Shown: positions 8,411 to 18,623 of the stretch, piece by piece
How positions within the stretch are numbered: position 1 is the first letter of the stretch
How the letters are laid out: each line of letters starts with the position of its first letter
Origin: an uncultured Microthrixaceae bacterium
GTDB lineage: Bacteria; Actinomycetota; Acidimicrobiia; Acidimicrobiales; VFJN01
Length of the DNA stretch: 64,000 nt
NCBI GenBank assembly: GCA_963750645.1
Contig: CAVVRO010000008.1
Coordinates: 770,238-834,237, forward strand
Direction: 5' to 3'
Made by a program: the position numbers and the translations under genes
The notes under the pieces: model-generated
Seen by the model: the letters and a program-made list of their open reading frames with translations, nothing else
Told to the model about the DNA's origin: nothing
The model's database searches: none

Positions 8411-10488
8411 TGGACACCACCACCACCCAAGACGCATCACCGGCGCACGAGCACCACTCCGGCAAGCAGTCGCGCTCGCTGTTGGACGGCGCCATCATCA
8501 AGCAGGCGGCCAAGGACGCCGTCGTGAAGCTCGACCCGCGCCTGATGGCTCGGAACCCGGTGATGATGGTCGTCGAGGTCGGCAGCGTGCTCACCACCAT
8601 CGTGTGGCTGCGCGACTACGGCTCGTCATCTGGCACCCAGAACCTCTTCGCGGGACTGGTCGCAGCCTGGCTCTGGTTCACCGTGCTCTTCGCCAACTTC
8701 GCGGAGGCGATGGCGGAGGGCCGGGGCAAGGCGCAGGCCGATTCCCTCCGCAAGGCCCGCTCCGACACGATCGCCCACGTCCGTCGCGGCGGGGAGATCG
8801 TCGAGGTGCCCAGTCCCCAGCTGCAGCTCGACGACGAGTGCGTCGTCTCGGCGGGCGAGATGATCCCCGGCGACGGCGAGATCATCGAAGGCATCGCGAG
8901 CGTCGACGAGTCGGCCATCACCGGGGAGTCGGCGCCCGTCATCCGCGAGTCCGGCGGCGACCGGTCCGCGGTGACCGGCGGCACCCGCGTGCTCTCCGAC
9001 CAGATCATCGTGCGCATCACGGCGCGGCCCGGGGAGACCTTCCTCGACCGCATGATCGCCCTCGTGGAAGGGGCCTCGCGGCAGAAGACCCCCAACGAGA
9101 TCGCCCTCAACATCCTGCTGGCCGGCCTCACCCTGATCTTCCTCCTGGCGACGGTCACGCTGCAGCCCTTCGCCATCTACAGCGGGGCCGAGCAGGACCT
9201 GATCGTGCTGGTCGCCCTGCTCGTCTGCCTCATCCCCACCACCATCGGCGCCCTGCTGTCCGCCATCGGGATCGCCGGCATGGACCGGCTGGTGCAGCGC
9301 AACGTGCTGGCGATGTCCGGACGAGCGGTGGAGGCGGCGGGCGACTGCTCGACGCTCCTCCTCGACAAGACGGGCACCATCACGCTCGGCAACCGCCAGG
9401 CGGCCGCCTTCCACCCGGCGCACGGCGTCACGACCGCGGAGCTGGCCGACGCCGCCCAGCTCTCGAGCCTGGCCGACGAGACCCCCGAGGGCCGCTCCAT
9501 CGTCGTGCTGGCCAAGGAGCAGTACGGACTCCGGGAGCGCTACCTCGAGGGCGCCACCCTCGTGCCCTTCACCGCCCAGACCCGCATGAGCGGTCTCGAC
9601 ACGGACGGGCGCTCGGTGCGCAAGGGCGCCGCCGACTCCGTGAAGCGCTACGTCACCGAGCTCGGGGGGACCTTCCCGCCCGACCTCGATCAGATCGTCG
9701 CCGACGTGGCCACCAGCGGCGGCACGCCGCTCGTGGTGGCGGACGGCAATCAGGCGCTCGGCGTCATCGAGCTCAAGGACGTCGTGAAGGAGGGCATGCG
9801 GGAGCGGTTCGACGAGCTGCGCCGCATGGGCATCCGCACGGTGATGATCACGGGTGACAACCCCCTCACGGCGGCGGCCATCGCCGAGGAGGCCGGCGTC
9901 GACGACTTCCTCGCCGAGGCCACCCCCGAGGACAAGATGGCCCTGATCAAGTCGGAGCAGGCGGGCGGGCACCTCGTGGCGATGACCGGTGACGGCACCA
10001 ACGACGCCCCCGCCCTGGCGCAGGCCGACGTCGGCGTGGCCATGAACACCGGCACCCAGGCCGCCAAGGAAGCCGGGAACATGGTCGACCTCGACTCGAA
10101 CCCGACGAAGCTGATCGAGATCGTGGAGATCGGCAAGCAGCTCCTCATCACCCGGGGCTCGCTCACCACCTTCTCGATCGCCAACGACGTGGCGAAGTAC
10201 TTCGCCATCATCCCGGCGATGTTCGTGGGCGTGTTCCCCGCACTCGACCGGCTCAACGTCATGGACCTGCAGACGCCGCGCTCGGCGATCCTCGCCGCGG
10301 TGATCTTCAACGCGCTGGTGATCGTGTGCCTGATCCCGCTCGCGCTGCGGGGCGTGAAGTTCCGAGCGGAGAGCGCCGCCGCGGTGCTCCGCCGCAACCT
10401 GCTCATCTACGGCGCCGGCGGGATCATCACCCCGTTCATCGGCATCAAGGCCATCGACGTCGTGATCTCGGCCCTGGGAGTGAAGTGA
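8410..10488 (+). CDS. kdpB: K+-transporting ATPase subunit B (P-type ATPase)
   Basis: TGES, DKTGT phosphorylation site, [24 protein letters not shown]. Confidence 0.98.
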   Translation: MDTTTTQDASPAHEHHSGKQSRSLLDGAIIKQAAKDAVVKLDPRLMARNPVMMVVEVGSVLTTIVWLRDYGSSSGTQNLFAGLVAAWLWFTVLFANFAEAMAEGRGKAQADSLRKARSDTIAHVRRGGEIVEVPSPQLQLDDECVVSAGEMIPGDGEIIEGIASVDESAITGESAPVIRESGGDRSAVTGGTRVLSDQIIVRITARPGETFLDRMIALVEGASRQKTPNEIALNILLAGLTLIFLLATVTLQPFAIYSGAEQDLIVLVALLVCLIPTTIGALLSAIGIAGMDRLVQRNVLAMSGRAVEAAGDCSTLLLDKTGTITLGNRQAAAFHPAHGVTTAELADAAQLSSLADETPEGRSIVVLAKEQYGLRERYLEGATLVPFTAQTRMSGLDTDGRSVRKGAADSVKRYVTELGGTFPPDLDQIVADVATSGGTPLVVADGNQALGVIELKDVVKEGMRERFDELRRMGIRTVMITGDNPLTAAAIAEEAGVDDFLAEATPEDKMALIKSEQAGGHLVAMTGDGTNDAPALAQADVGVAMNTGTQAAKEAGNMVDLDSNPTKLIEIVEIGKQLLITRGSLTTFSIANDVAKYFAIIPAMFVGVFPALDRLNVMDLQTPRSAILAAVIFNALVIVCLIPLALRGVKFRAESAAAVLRRNLLIYGAGGIITPFIGIKAIDVVISALGVK

Positions 10489-11105
10489 TGCGACGACAGC
10501 TCGTACCCGCCCTGCGCATGGTGCTGGTGCTCACGGTCATCTGCGGGCTCCTGTACCCGCTCGCGATGACGGGAGTCGCCCAGGCCCTCTTCGCGGACAA
10601 GGCCGACGGCTCGCTCGTCGAGCGTGACGGCGAGGTGGTGGGCTCGTCGCTGGTGGGGCAGGCCTTCAGCGCCCCGGAGTACTTCCACACGCGACCGTCC
10701 GCCGCCGGGGCGCTCGCCTCGGGTTCATCGGTCGACGGTGAGCCGGCCGATCCCAGCGACCTGTCGATCGCCGCCTCCGGAGCGTCGAACCAGGGCCCCA
10801 CCAACCCCGACCTCCTGTCGGCCATCGAGGAGCGCACGGCGGCCTACCGGGACGTCAACGGCCTCGCCGACGACGTGCCAGTCCCCATCGACGCCGTCAC
10901 CGCCTCAGGGTCCGGGGTCGACCCCCACATCTCCGTGGCCAACGCCCGGCTCCAGGCGGCACGAGTCGCCGACGAGCGTGGGCTGTCCGAGGCGGAGGTC
11001 CTCGCCCTCATCGACGAGCACACCTCCAGCCGGACGCTCGGGTTCCTCGGCGAGGAGGGCGTGAACGTCCTGGAGCTCAACCTCGCGCTCGATGCGCTGA
11101 ACTGA
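10488..11105 (+). CDS. kdpC: K+-transporting ATPase subunit C
   Basis: [48 protein letters not shown]; TGATG coupling to kdpB. Confidence 0.96.
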   Translation: MRRQLVPALRMVLVLTVICGLLYPLAMTGVAQALFADKADGSLVERDGEVVGSSLVGQAFSAPEYFHTRPSAAGALASGSSVDGEPADPSDLSIAASGASNQGPTNPDLLSAIEERTAAYRDVNGLADDVPVPIDAVTASGSGVDPHISVANARLQAARVADERGLSEAEVLALIDEHTSSRTLGFLGEEGVNVLELNLALDALN

Positions 11106-11109
11106 CGGC

Positions 11110-13617
11110 ATGAGACGCGGCAGCTTGCGCATCTACCTGGGGGCCGCGCCCGGAGTGGGCAAGACGTTCGCCATGCTGAACGAGGGGTGGCGACGCCACC
11201 AGCGCGGCACGGACGTGGTCGTCGGCTACGTCGAGACCCACAACCGGCCCCGCACCGCGGAGCAGCTGCAGGACCTGTCGGTGATCGCGCGGGCCACGAT
11301 CCACCACCGTGGCAAGGCGTTCGAGGAGATGGACCTCGACGCGATCCTCGCCCGTGATCCCGAGGTGGCTCTCGTGGACGAGCTGGCGCACACGAACGTG
11401 CCCGGCTCGCGCAACGAGAAGCGCTGGCAGGACGTCGAGGAGCTGCTGGGTGCCGGGATCGACGTCATCTCCACGGTGAACATCCAGCACCTCGAGTCGC
11501 TCAACGACGTGGTCGAAGGGATCACGGGCATCCGCCAGCAGGAGACGATCCCAGACGCGATCGTCCGAGCGGCGGAGCAGATCGAGCTGGTCGACTCCAC
11601 CCCCGAGGCACTGCGGCGCCGGATGGCCCACGGGAACATCTACGGACCCGACAAGGTCGACGCGGCGCTCGGCAACTACTTCCGGCCCGGCAACCTGGCC
11701 GCGCTCCGCGAGCTCGCGCTCCTCTGGCTGGCGGACCGCGTCGACGAGTCGCTCCAGGAGTACCGCGAACGGCACGGCATCGCCGCGCCGTGGGAGACGC
11801 GCGAGCGCGTGGCCGTCGCGGTCACCGGGGCGCCGGGCAACGACAACCTCATCCGCCGCGCCTCACGGATCGCAAGCCGAGCGAAGGGCGACCTCATCGG
11901 CGTGCACGTCCGAGCCGACGACGGACTGGCCACGCCGGGCAGCGGCATCCTGCTCGAGCACCGCCGGCTGGTCGAGGAGCTGGGCGGCACCTATCGGGAG
12001 GTCGTCGGCTCCGACGTGGCCAAGGCGCTCGTGCAAGCCGCCCGCGCCGAGGGTGCGACCCAGCTGGTCCTCGGCGCCAGCCGCCGATCGCGATGGGACG
12101 ACCTGACGCGCGGATCGGTCATCGGTGGGATCATCCGGGAAGCCGGACGAGCACTCGACGTCCACGTGATCTCCACGACCGACGCCGGCGCCGACGCCTC
12201 CGAGCGAACACCGCTGCCGCCCATGCAAATGCGACTCACGCCGCTGCCCCGGCGGCGCCAGCTGGCCGGGTTCCTGGTCGCGGGCGTCGGGCTGCCCCTG
12301 CTCACCCTGCTCCTCACGCCCTTCCGAGACGACATCGGGTTCACCAGCGCCGCCTTCTGCTACCTCATGATGGTGGTGGCCGCGGCCACCGTCGGGGGCA
12401 TCTGGCCGGCGGCCTTCGCCGCCGTGGCCGGGTTCGGGTTGCTCAACTGGTTCTTTGCCGAGCCCACCCACACCTTCACGATCCGCAACGAGCGCGACCT
12501 GGCCGCGGTGGCGGCCTTCCTCGTCGTGGCGGCGGTGGTCAGCATCCTGGTCGACGTCGCCGCCCGGCGTACCGCCGAGGCCAAGCGAGCGCGGAGCGAG
12601 GCCGAGGCCCTCGCCGGGATGGCCGGCTCCCTCCTACGGCAGGGCGATCCGATCCCGGAGCTGCTCGCCAACCTCGTGGCCCTGTTCCGCCTCGACCACG
12701 CCGCGGTGGTCCGAACCGAACCGGATCCCGCGGTGCTGGCCGAGGCCGGCGGCGAGCTGGGGGCCGACGCCGAGTCCCTCACCCTTGCATTGACCGAGGG
12801 GGTCGAGCTGCGCGTCGCCGGCACCGACCTCCTGGGCGCCGACCGCGACGTGCTGGGGGCGTTCGCATCCCAGCTGGCGGTCGCCCTCGAGACCCGACGG
12901 CTGCAGGACGAGGCGGCCGCCACCGAGGCCCTGATGCAGGGCAACGAGCTGCGCACCGCTCTGCTCGCGGCCGTGAGCCACGACCTGCGCTCACCCCTCG
13001 CGTCGATCAAGACGGCCTCGTCCAGCCTGTTGTCGGCCGACGTCTCCTTCACCGACGAACAAGCGCGGGCGCTCCTCGAGACGATCGACGTGGAGGCCGA
13101 CCGGCTCAACAACCTCGTGGGCAACCTGCTCGACATGAGCCGCATCCAGGCCGGCGGCCTCGTCGTCAAGCGCCGCGCCGTCGGCCTCGACGAGGTGATC
13201 GGCGGTGCCCTCAGCGGCCTGCCCGACCGAGGGCACCTCATCCACCTGGACGTGCCCGAGACCCTGCCGATGGTCGACGCCGATCCGGTGCTCCTGGAGC
13301 GGGCCATCGCCAACATCGTGGACAACGCGCTGCGCTTCGCGCCGCAAGGCACCCCGGTCCGGGTGGCGGCGGGCGCGTTCGGCGGCCGCGTCGACCTCCG
13401 CATCGTCGACACCGGTCCCGGCATCCCCCTGGACCAGCGCGCCGAGGTGTTCCGGCCGTTCCAGCGGCTGGGTGACAGCCCCCGGGGCACCGGCGTCGGC
13501 CTGGGGCTGGCGGTGGCTCGTGGCTTCGTGTTGGCGATGGACGGCGAGCTGGCCGTCGAGGACACCCCCGGTGGCGGAACGACGATGGTGCTCAGCCTCC
13601 CGGAGGCCGGCGGGTGA
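11110..13617 (+). CDS. kdpD: Sensor histidine kinase KdpD
   Basis: GAAPGVGKT, VDELAHTN, USP-like domain, four TM helices, SHDLRSPL H-box, DTGPG and GLGL ATP boxes. Confidence 0.96.
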   Translation: MRRGSLRIYLGAAPGVGKTFAMLNEGWRRHQRGTDVVVGYVETHNRPRTAEQLQDLSVIARATIHHRGKAFEEMDLDAILARDPEVALVDELAHTNVPGSRNEKRWQDVEELLGAGIDVISTVNIQHLESLNDVVEGITGIRQQETIPDAIVRAAEQIELVDSTPEALRRRMAHGNIYGPDKVDAALGNYFRPGNLAALRELALLWLADRVDESLQEYRERHGIAAPWETRERVAVAVTGAPGNDNLIRRASRIASRAKGDLIGVHVRADDGLATPGSGILLEHRRLVEELGGTYREVVGSDVAKALVQAARAEGATQLVLGASRRSRWDDLTRGSVIGGIIREAGRALDVHVISTTDAGADASERTPLPPMQMRLTPLPRRRQLAGFLVAGVGLPLLTLLLTPFRDDIGFTSAAFCYLMMVVAAATVGGIWPAAFAAVAGFGLLNWFFAEPTHTFTIRNERDLAAVAAFLVVAAVVSILVDVAARRTAEAKRARSEAEALAGMAGSLLRQGDPIPELLANLVALFRLDHAAVVRTEPDPAVLAEAGGELGADAESLTLALTEGVELRVAGTDLLGADRDVLGAFASQLAVALETRRLQDEAAATEALMQGNELRTALLAAVSHDLRSPLASIKTASSSLLSADVSFTDEQARALLETIDVEADRLNNLVGNLLDMSRIQAGGLVVKRRAVGLDEVIGGALSGLPDRGHLIHLDVPETLPMVDADPVLLERAIANIVDNALRFAPQGTPVRVAAGAFGGRVDLRIVDTGPGIPLDQRAEVFRPFQRLGDSPRGTGVGLGLAVARGFVLAMDGELAVEDTPGGGTTMVLSLPEAGG

Positions 13618-14297
13618 CCCGGCTCCTCGTGATCGACGACGAAGAGCGCTTCGCGAAGGCCCTTGCCATCAGCCTCCGGGCACACGGCTACGAGGTGGAC
13701 GTGGCAACGACCGGTGAGGAGGGCCTCGCCGTGGCCGCCCAGAACCACCCGGATGTCGTCGTCCTCGACCTCGGCCTCCCCGGCCTGGACGGCATCGACG
13801 TGCTTCGCGGCCTGCGGGCCTGGTCGACGGTTCCCGTCATCGTGCTCTCGGCGCGTCACCTGGAAGCGTCCAAGGTCGACGCGCTCGACGAGGGTGCCGA
13901 CGACTACGTCACCAAGCCGTTCGGGATGGACGAGCTCCTTGCCCGGCTCCGGGCGATCCAGCGGCGAGGCGTGTCACCCGACGACGCACCGGTCATCGAG
14001 ACGGCGCACTTCACCATCGACCTCGTCGCCAAGCGGGCCACCGCCGGCGGCGTCGACGTGCACCTCACCCCCAAGGAGTGGCAGCTCGTCGAGCTCCTGG
14101 TCCGCAATCCGGGAAAGCTCGTCTCGCAGCGCCAGGTGCTCCAGGAGGTGTGGGGCCCGCAGTACGAGACGGAGACCGACTACCTCCGCGTGTTCATCGC
14201 CGCCGTGCGCCGCAAGCTCGAGCCGGAGCCGGGCCGGCCCCGGTACTTCATCACGGAGCCCGGGATGGGCTACCGCTTCGAGCCCCACGCCACCTGA
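13614..14297 (+). CDS. kdpE: Response regulator KdpE
   Basis: Receiver LDLGLP..ADDYVTKPF; OmpR wHTH ending YFITEPGMGYRF; coupled to kdpD. Confidence 0.95.
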   Translation: MTRLLVIDDEERFAKALAISLRAHGYEVDVATTGEEGLAVAAQNHPDVVVLDLGLPGLDGIDVLRGLRAWSTVPVIVLSARHLEASKVDALDEGADDYVTKPFGMDELLARLRAIQRRGVSPDDAPVIETAHFTIDLVAKRATAGGVDVHLTPKEWQLVELLVRNPGKLVSQRQVLQEVWGPQYETETDYLRVFIAAVRRKLEPEPGRPRYFITEPGMGYRFEPHAT

Positions 14298-14298
14298 C

Positions 14299-14316
14299 TC
14301 ACAGCAACCTCCCAGC
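14299..14316 (+). promoter_or_regulatory. Tandem OmpR/PhoP-type box TCACAGC-N4-TCCCAGC
   Basis: 11-bp-period direct repeat 44 nt upstream of the ATG at 14360; related boxes at 38664-38681 and 41542-41559. Confidence 0.65.
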
Positions 14317-14359
14317 GCGCACTGCGACTGCGTTGGGGACGATCAGGCACCCTGGGGCC

Positions 14360-15221
14360 ATGTCCGACGACGACCTCCACGACCTCGGCCTGGCCTTCGA
14401 CCTCGCCACCCTGCAGAGCCGAGCGCTCCTGCCGGCCCGCCTCGAGCGGCGGGGGGCCCTGAAGCTCCTCGCCGGCGCCGGGGCGGGGCTGGTCCTGGTG
14501 GCCTGCGGCTCGGACAGCAAGACTGGGTCCACCACGACCTCGACCATCGGCGGCGCCACCTCGACCACGGCCGCCGGAACGCCCGCCGCCGGCACCTCGG
14601 TGGACGCGATCCCTGAGGAGACGGGCGGGCCCTACCCCGGCGACGGCACCAACGGCCCGAACGTGCTCGTGGAGAGCGGCATCGTGCGCCAGGACATCCG
14701 CTCCAGCTTCGGCGGCTACTCGGGCACGGCCGAGGGCGTGCCGCTGACGGTCGACCTCACGATCGTCGCCGCCAGCACCGGCGCACCCATGGCCGGCGCC
14801 GCGGTGTACCTCTGGCACTGCGACCGGGAGGGCCGCTACTCGCTCTACTCGAGCGGCGCCACCGACCAGAACTACCTGCGCGGCGTGCAAGCGGCTGGCG
14901 ACGACGGGCACCTCAGCTTCACCAGCATCTTCCCCGGGGCGTACTCCGGTCGCTGGCCCCACATGCACTTCGAGGTGTACCGCGACCTCGCCACGGCCAC
15001 GAGCTGCGGGCAGCAAGCTGGTCACGTCGCAGCTGGCCCTCCCCGAGGACGCGTGCGACGTCGTCTACGCCACCGCGGGCTACGAGCAGAGCATCACCAA
15101 CCTGTCCCGGACGTCGCTCCAAAGCGACATGGTCTTCAGCGACGGGTACGAGAGCCAGCTCGCCACGGTCACCGGCACCGTCGAGGGCGGGATGACCGCC
15201 ACCCTCACCGTCGGCATCTGA
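14360..15221 (+). CDS. Intradiol ring-cleavage dioxygenase-like Tat lipoprotein; apparent +1 frameshift near 15005
   Basis: RRGALKLL...LVAC signal/lipobox, ETGGPYP, WHCDREGRYSLY, PGAYSGRWPHMHF; continues in shifted frame as AGSKLVTSQLALP...SDMVFSDG...LTVGI* (TGA 15219-15221). Confidence 0.82.
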
Positions 15222-15235
15222 CGTCGAACCCGGGT

Positions 15236-15329
15236 GAGGCAATTGGTCCCGTTGTTCGGCTCTCGAGGTCATGGGTCCCGGATGTGGGACCCATGACCTC
15301 GAAGGTCTCCGAACGGGACTCATTGCCTC
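15236..15329. repeat. 94-bp four-unit palindromic intergenic element (REPIN/MITE-like), copy 2
   Basis: Units 15236-15250 (GAGGCAATTGGTCCC), 15265-15279 (GAGGTCATGGGTCCC), inverted units 15286-15300 and 15315-15329; spacers 14/6/14; perfect 17-bp inner stem. Confidence 0.8.
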
Positions 15330-15408
15330 GCCTCGGCCACATGCCACCTTGTCCGTGTGCCAGTAACGCGCGTTATCGTGCAGGGCGGCTGACCAAGGGG
15401 GACGCACG

Positions 15409-15609
15409 ATGAAGGTCCACGTCGACGACGAGCGGTGCGAGGGCCACGGCCGCTGCTACGCCCTCGCCCCCGCCGTGTTCCAGCCCGACGACCTCGGCCA
15501 GGGCCAGGTCGTCGGCGACGGCACCGTCGCCCCTGGCGAGGAGGACCGCGCCCGCCTGGCCGCAGCGAACTGCCCCGAGCAGGCCATCACGATCGACGAG
15601 GACGCCTGA
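15409..15609 (+). CDS. Ferredoxin ([3Fe-4S], P450-associated type)
   Basis: CEGHGRC...CPEQAI; directly upstream of the P450. Confidence 0.92.
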   Translation: MKVHVDDERCEGHGRCYALAPAVFQPDDLGQGQVVGDGTVAPGEEDRARLAAANCPEQAITIDEDA

Positions 15610-15610
15610 G

Positions 15611-16822
15611 ATGAGCACCACCGACGACCATCCCCCGGTTCGCGACTGGTCGACCGACTTCGACCACACCGACGAGGTCTACGCGGCCGACCCCTTCCCG
15701 ATCTGGGACGAGATCAGGTCGTCCGCGTGCCCGATCGCCCGCACCGAGCGGTATGGCGGCGCGTGGCTGCCCACCACACACGCGGACGTGTCCGAGATCG
15801 CCTACGACACGGATCACTTCACCTCGCGCAGCATCCTGATGTCGCAGTTCCGCCCGCCGCTGGAGCTCGCGCCGGCGGGGATCGCGCCGCCGATCTCGTC
15901 CGATCCGCCCTTCCACAAAGGCGCTCGCCGCGTGCTCCTTCCAGCCTTCGCGCCGAGGGCCATCGACAAGCTCGAGGCCTCCACGCGCGACTACTGCAAG
16001 GAGCTCATCGCGGCGATGGGTGACCGCGAGATCGTCGACGCCGCGAAGGAGTACGCCCAGCACATCCCTGTGCGCGTCATCGCCCGGATGCTCGGGTTCC
16101 CGGAGGAGGACGCCGATCGGTTCCGCGGCTTCGTCCACCACGTCCTCGAAGGCGTCGCGCTGCCGTTCGAGGAGCGCGAGGCGGGGATGATCGTCCTGTT
16201 CGAGTACCTCGAGGCGCAGGTGCAGGACCACGTGGAGAACCCGCGCGACGACCTCACCACGTTCCTCCTGGAGTCCGAGATGGACGGGGAGCCGCTCGGG
16301 ATGGACCACGTCGGCGGCACGATGGCCCTGCTGCTCCTCGCCGGCATCGACACGACGTGGAGCGCCATCGGTGCGTCGATCTTCCACCTCGCCTCCACCC
16401 CCACCGACCGAGAGCGCCTGGTGGCCGAGCCGGAGCTGCTCCCCACAGCCATGGAGGAGCTGCTCCGCGCCTACGCCCCTGTCACCATGGCGAGGCTCGT
16501 GCGGGAGGACATCGACTTCCACGGTTGCCCGATGAAGGCAGAGGACTGGGTGCTCCTGCCCTTCCCCGCCGCCAACCGCGACCCGCTCGCCTTCGAGCAC
16601 GCCGATCGTGTGGTCATCGACCGCGAGGTGAACCGCCACGCCGCGTTCGGGCTCGGCATCCACCGCTGCGCCGGGTCGCACCTCGCCCGCATGGAGCTGC
16701 GGGTCGCGCTCGAGGTGTGGCTCGAGCACTTCCCCAGCTTCAGCCTCGCGGACCCCGATGCGGTCCAGTGGTCCGGTGGGCAGGTGCGCGGCCCCCGCGT
16801 GCTGCCGATCCGCGTCGGCTGA
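15611..16822 (+). CDS. Cytochrome P450
   Basis: I-helix AGIDTT, EELLR (ExxR), heme motif FGLGIHRCAG. Confidence 0.96.
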   Translation: MSTTDDHPPVRDWSTDFDHTDEVYAADPFPIWDEIRSSACPIARTERYGGAWLPTTHADVSEIAYDTDHFTSRSILMSQFRPPLELAPAGIAPPISSDPPFHKGARRVLLPAFAPRAIDKLEASTRDYCKELIAAMGDREIVDAAKEYAQHIPVRVIARMLGFPEEDADRFRGFVHHVLEGVALPFEEREAGMIVLFEYLEAQVQDHVENPRDDLTTFLLESEMDGEPLGMDHVGGTMALLLLAGIDTTWSAIGASIFHLASTPTDRERLVAEPELLPTAMEELLRAYAPVTMARLVREDIDFHGCPMKAEDWVLLPFPAANRDPLAFEHADRVVIDREVNRHAAFGLGIHRCAGSHLARMELRVALEVWLEHFPSFSLADPDAVQWSGGQVRGPRVLPIRVG

Positions 16823-16823
16823 G

Positions 16824-17735
16824 TCAGCCCTCGCGGGTCTTGCGGGCCTCGGCGGCGTAGTCAGCCAGGGACCGCTTCGGCTCGAAGCCGATGGAGCGTG
16901 CCTTGGTCATGTCCGCCTTGCCGCGCGTGCGCTCGCCTTGCCGGGCGGGGATCATCTGGATGTCGTCGCTGAACAGCCGCGCCACCTCGAGGATCTGCCA
17001 GTCATGTGACGTGCCGAGCTCGTAGCCGTCCCCCTGCCCGTGCAGGTAGCAGAGGATGAGGCCGTCGACGATGTCGTCCACATGGGTGAAGTCCCGGGTC
17101 TGCGTGCCGGGCTCGACGACCGTGAGCGGCACGCCGTTGGCCGCCTGCTCCTCGAAGATGCCGATCACCGTGGCGTACAGACCCTTGCCGATCTGCCCCG
17201 GCCCGTAGACGTTGTAGAAGTACGTGATCACGTAGTCGAGGCCGAACCAGCTGGAGAAGTTGCGGATGAACTCGATGTTCTTCGCCTTCGTCCACGAGTA
17301 CGGGCTGAGGTGCTCGGCACCTTCGCTGGAGAACTTCGAGCTGGACCCCGCGTAGAGGAGCAACGAGCCGCGCTCATGGCAGAAGGTGACGACCTCCTTC
17401 GTGCCGCGGATGTTGAACTCCCACACGTCGTCGAAGTCGCCGAAGGACTGGACGATCCGCGAGTACTCGCCGAGGTGGAAGGTGACGTCGGGCGAGGGCA
17501 GCCGCCGACGGTCCCACACCCGGTTGATGTCGAGGCAGCTCGCGGTGATGTACTGGACGCGCGGGTCGTCGACGTGGTTGTCCACGGAGCCGGTGAAGTA
17601 GTTGTCGACCGAGATCACCTGCGTGTCCGGGAACTGCTCCACGAGCCGTCGGATGAGGTGGCTGCCGACGAAGCCCGCACCACCGGTGACGAGTGCGACC
17701 TCGGGGGGAGGGCGATCGAGGCGCGCAGGGGTCAC
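16824..17735 (-). CDS. NAD-dependent epimerase/dehydratase (extended SDR)
   Basis: TGGAGFVGS, YSWTK (YxxxK), YNVYGPG, RDFTHVDD. Confidence 0.9.
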   Translation of the reverse strand: MTPARLDRPPPEVALVTGGAGFVGSHLIRRLVEQFPDTQVISVDNYFTGSVDNHVDDPRVQYITASCLDINRVWDRRRLPSPDVTFHLGEYSRIVQSFGDFDDVWEFNIRGTKEVVTFCHERGSLLLYAGSSSKFSSEGAEHLSPYSWTKAKNIEFIRNFSSWFGLDYVITYFYNVYGPGQIGKGLYATVIGIFEEQAANGVPLTVVEPGTQTRDFTHVDDIVDGLILCYLHGQGDGYELGTSHDWQILEVARLFSDDIQMIPARQGERTRGKADMTKARSIGFEPKRSLADYAAEARKTREG

Positions 17736-17805
17736 GGAGGGGAGGCTACCGGGCGGCCCTCGTGGGCCCGGCGTACCGGCAGGGAGATCGGCCTAGGGTC
17801 GCGGC

Positions 17806-18588
17806 ATGTCGGGGGAGGCGGTCGCCTTGGACGACCAGGTGGTCGCTGCGTTCGAGGACGAGGGCTGGGCCGTGCTGCCGGCGGTGATCGACGCCGACGA
17901 GGTGGAGCGAGCGCTCGAGGCGCTCGCCGAGGCGGCGGCGGCCTCCGAGGCGAGGGGCATCCCGACGCGCATGGACTACCTCGACCCGGGCGGGCGCAAC
18001 ATCCGGGTGTACGACCTCATCGAGTACAGCCCCGTCTTCGCAGACCTCGTCACCCACCCGACGGTGATCCCCTACGTCTCGCACCTCCTCGCCGGTGACG
18101 TGTCGGTGTCGAACTTCTCGGCCAACGTCGCCCTTCCCGGCAGCCGGTCGATGAACGCCCACAACGACCAGTCGACGGTGATGCCCGAGCCCTGGTCGAC
18201 GCGATTCACGATGAACGCGATCTGGTGCCTCCACGACACGGACGCGTCGAACGGCGCCACTCGCTACCTCCCGGGCAGCCACCGCCTCGAGCGCTTCGCC
18301 GACCTGCCTCCGGACCCGACGGTCGGCATGCGGTCGTTCGAGGCTGCCGCCGGCTCGGTGATCCTGATGGACGGTCGGCTGTGGCACACGTCGGGCGAGA
18401 ACACGACAGCCGACCGCGAGCGAGCCCTCCTGTTCGCGTTCTACGCCCGGTCGTTCCTGCGCCACCAGAACAACTGGAACCGCTCGCTGTCCGGCGAGAC
18501 GCGACGGCGTCTCGACCCGAGGCTCAAGGAGTGGCTCGGCCTGAGCACCGGGAACATGGGCTACGGCGCCTATCTCGCCCAGCACTGA
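17806..18588 (+). CDS. Phytanoyl-CoA dioxygenase (PhyH) family protein
   Basis: HND (HxD), NGATRYLPGSH, GSVILMDGRLWH; TAGGGT-N6-ATG. Confidence 0.88.
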   Translation: MSGEAVALDDQVVAAFEDEGWAVLPAVIDADEVERALEALAEAAAASEARGIPTRMDYLDPGGRNIRVYDLIEYSPVFADLVTHPTVIPYVSHLLAGDVSVSNFSANVALPGSRSMNAHNDQSTVMPEPWSTRFTMNAIWCLHDTDASNGATRYLPGSHRLERFADLPPDPTVGMRSFEAAAGSVILMDGRLWHTSGENTTADRERALLFAFYARSFLRHQNNWNRSLSGETRRRLDPRLKEWLGLSTGNMGYGAYLAQH

Positions 18589-18623
18589 GGGCGCCCGACG
18601 AGCCATCTGAGGGAGGATGCGTG

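Noticed and set aside
15000-15010. Programmed frameshifting at the frameshift sites
   Set aside because: No slippery heptamer or obvious stimulatory structure, and these families are not known to be recoded
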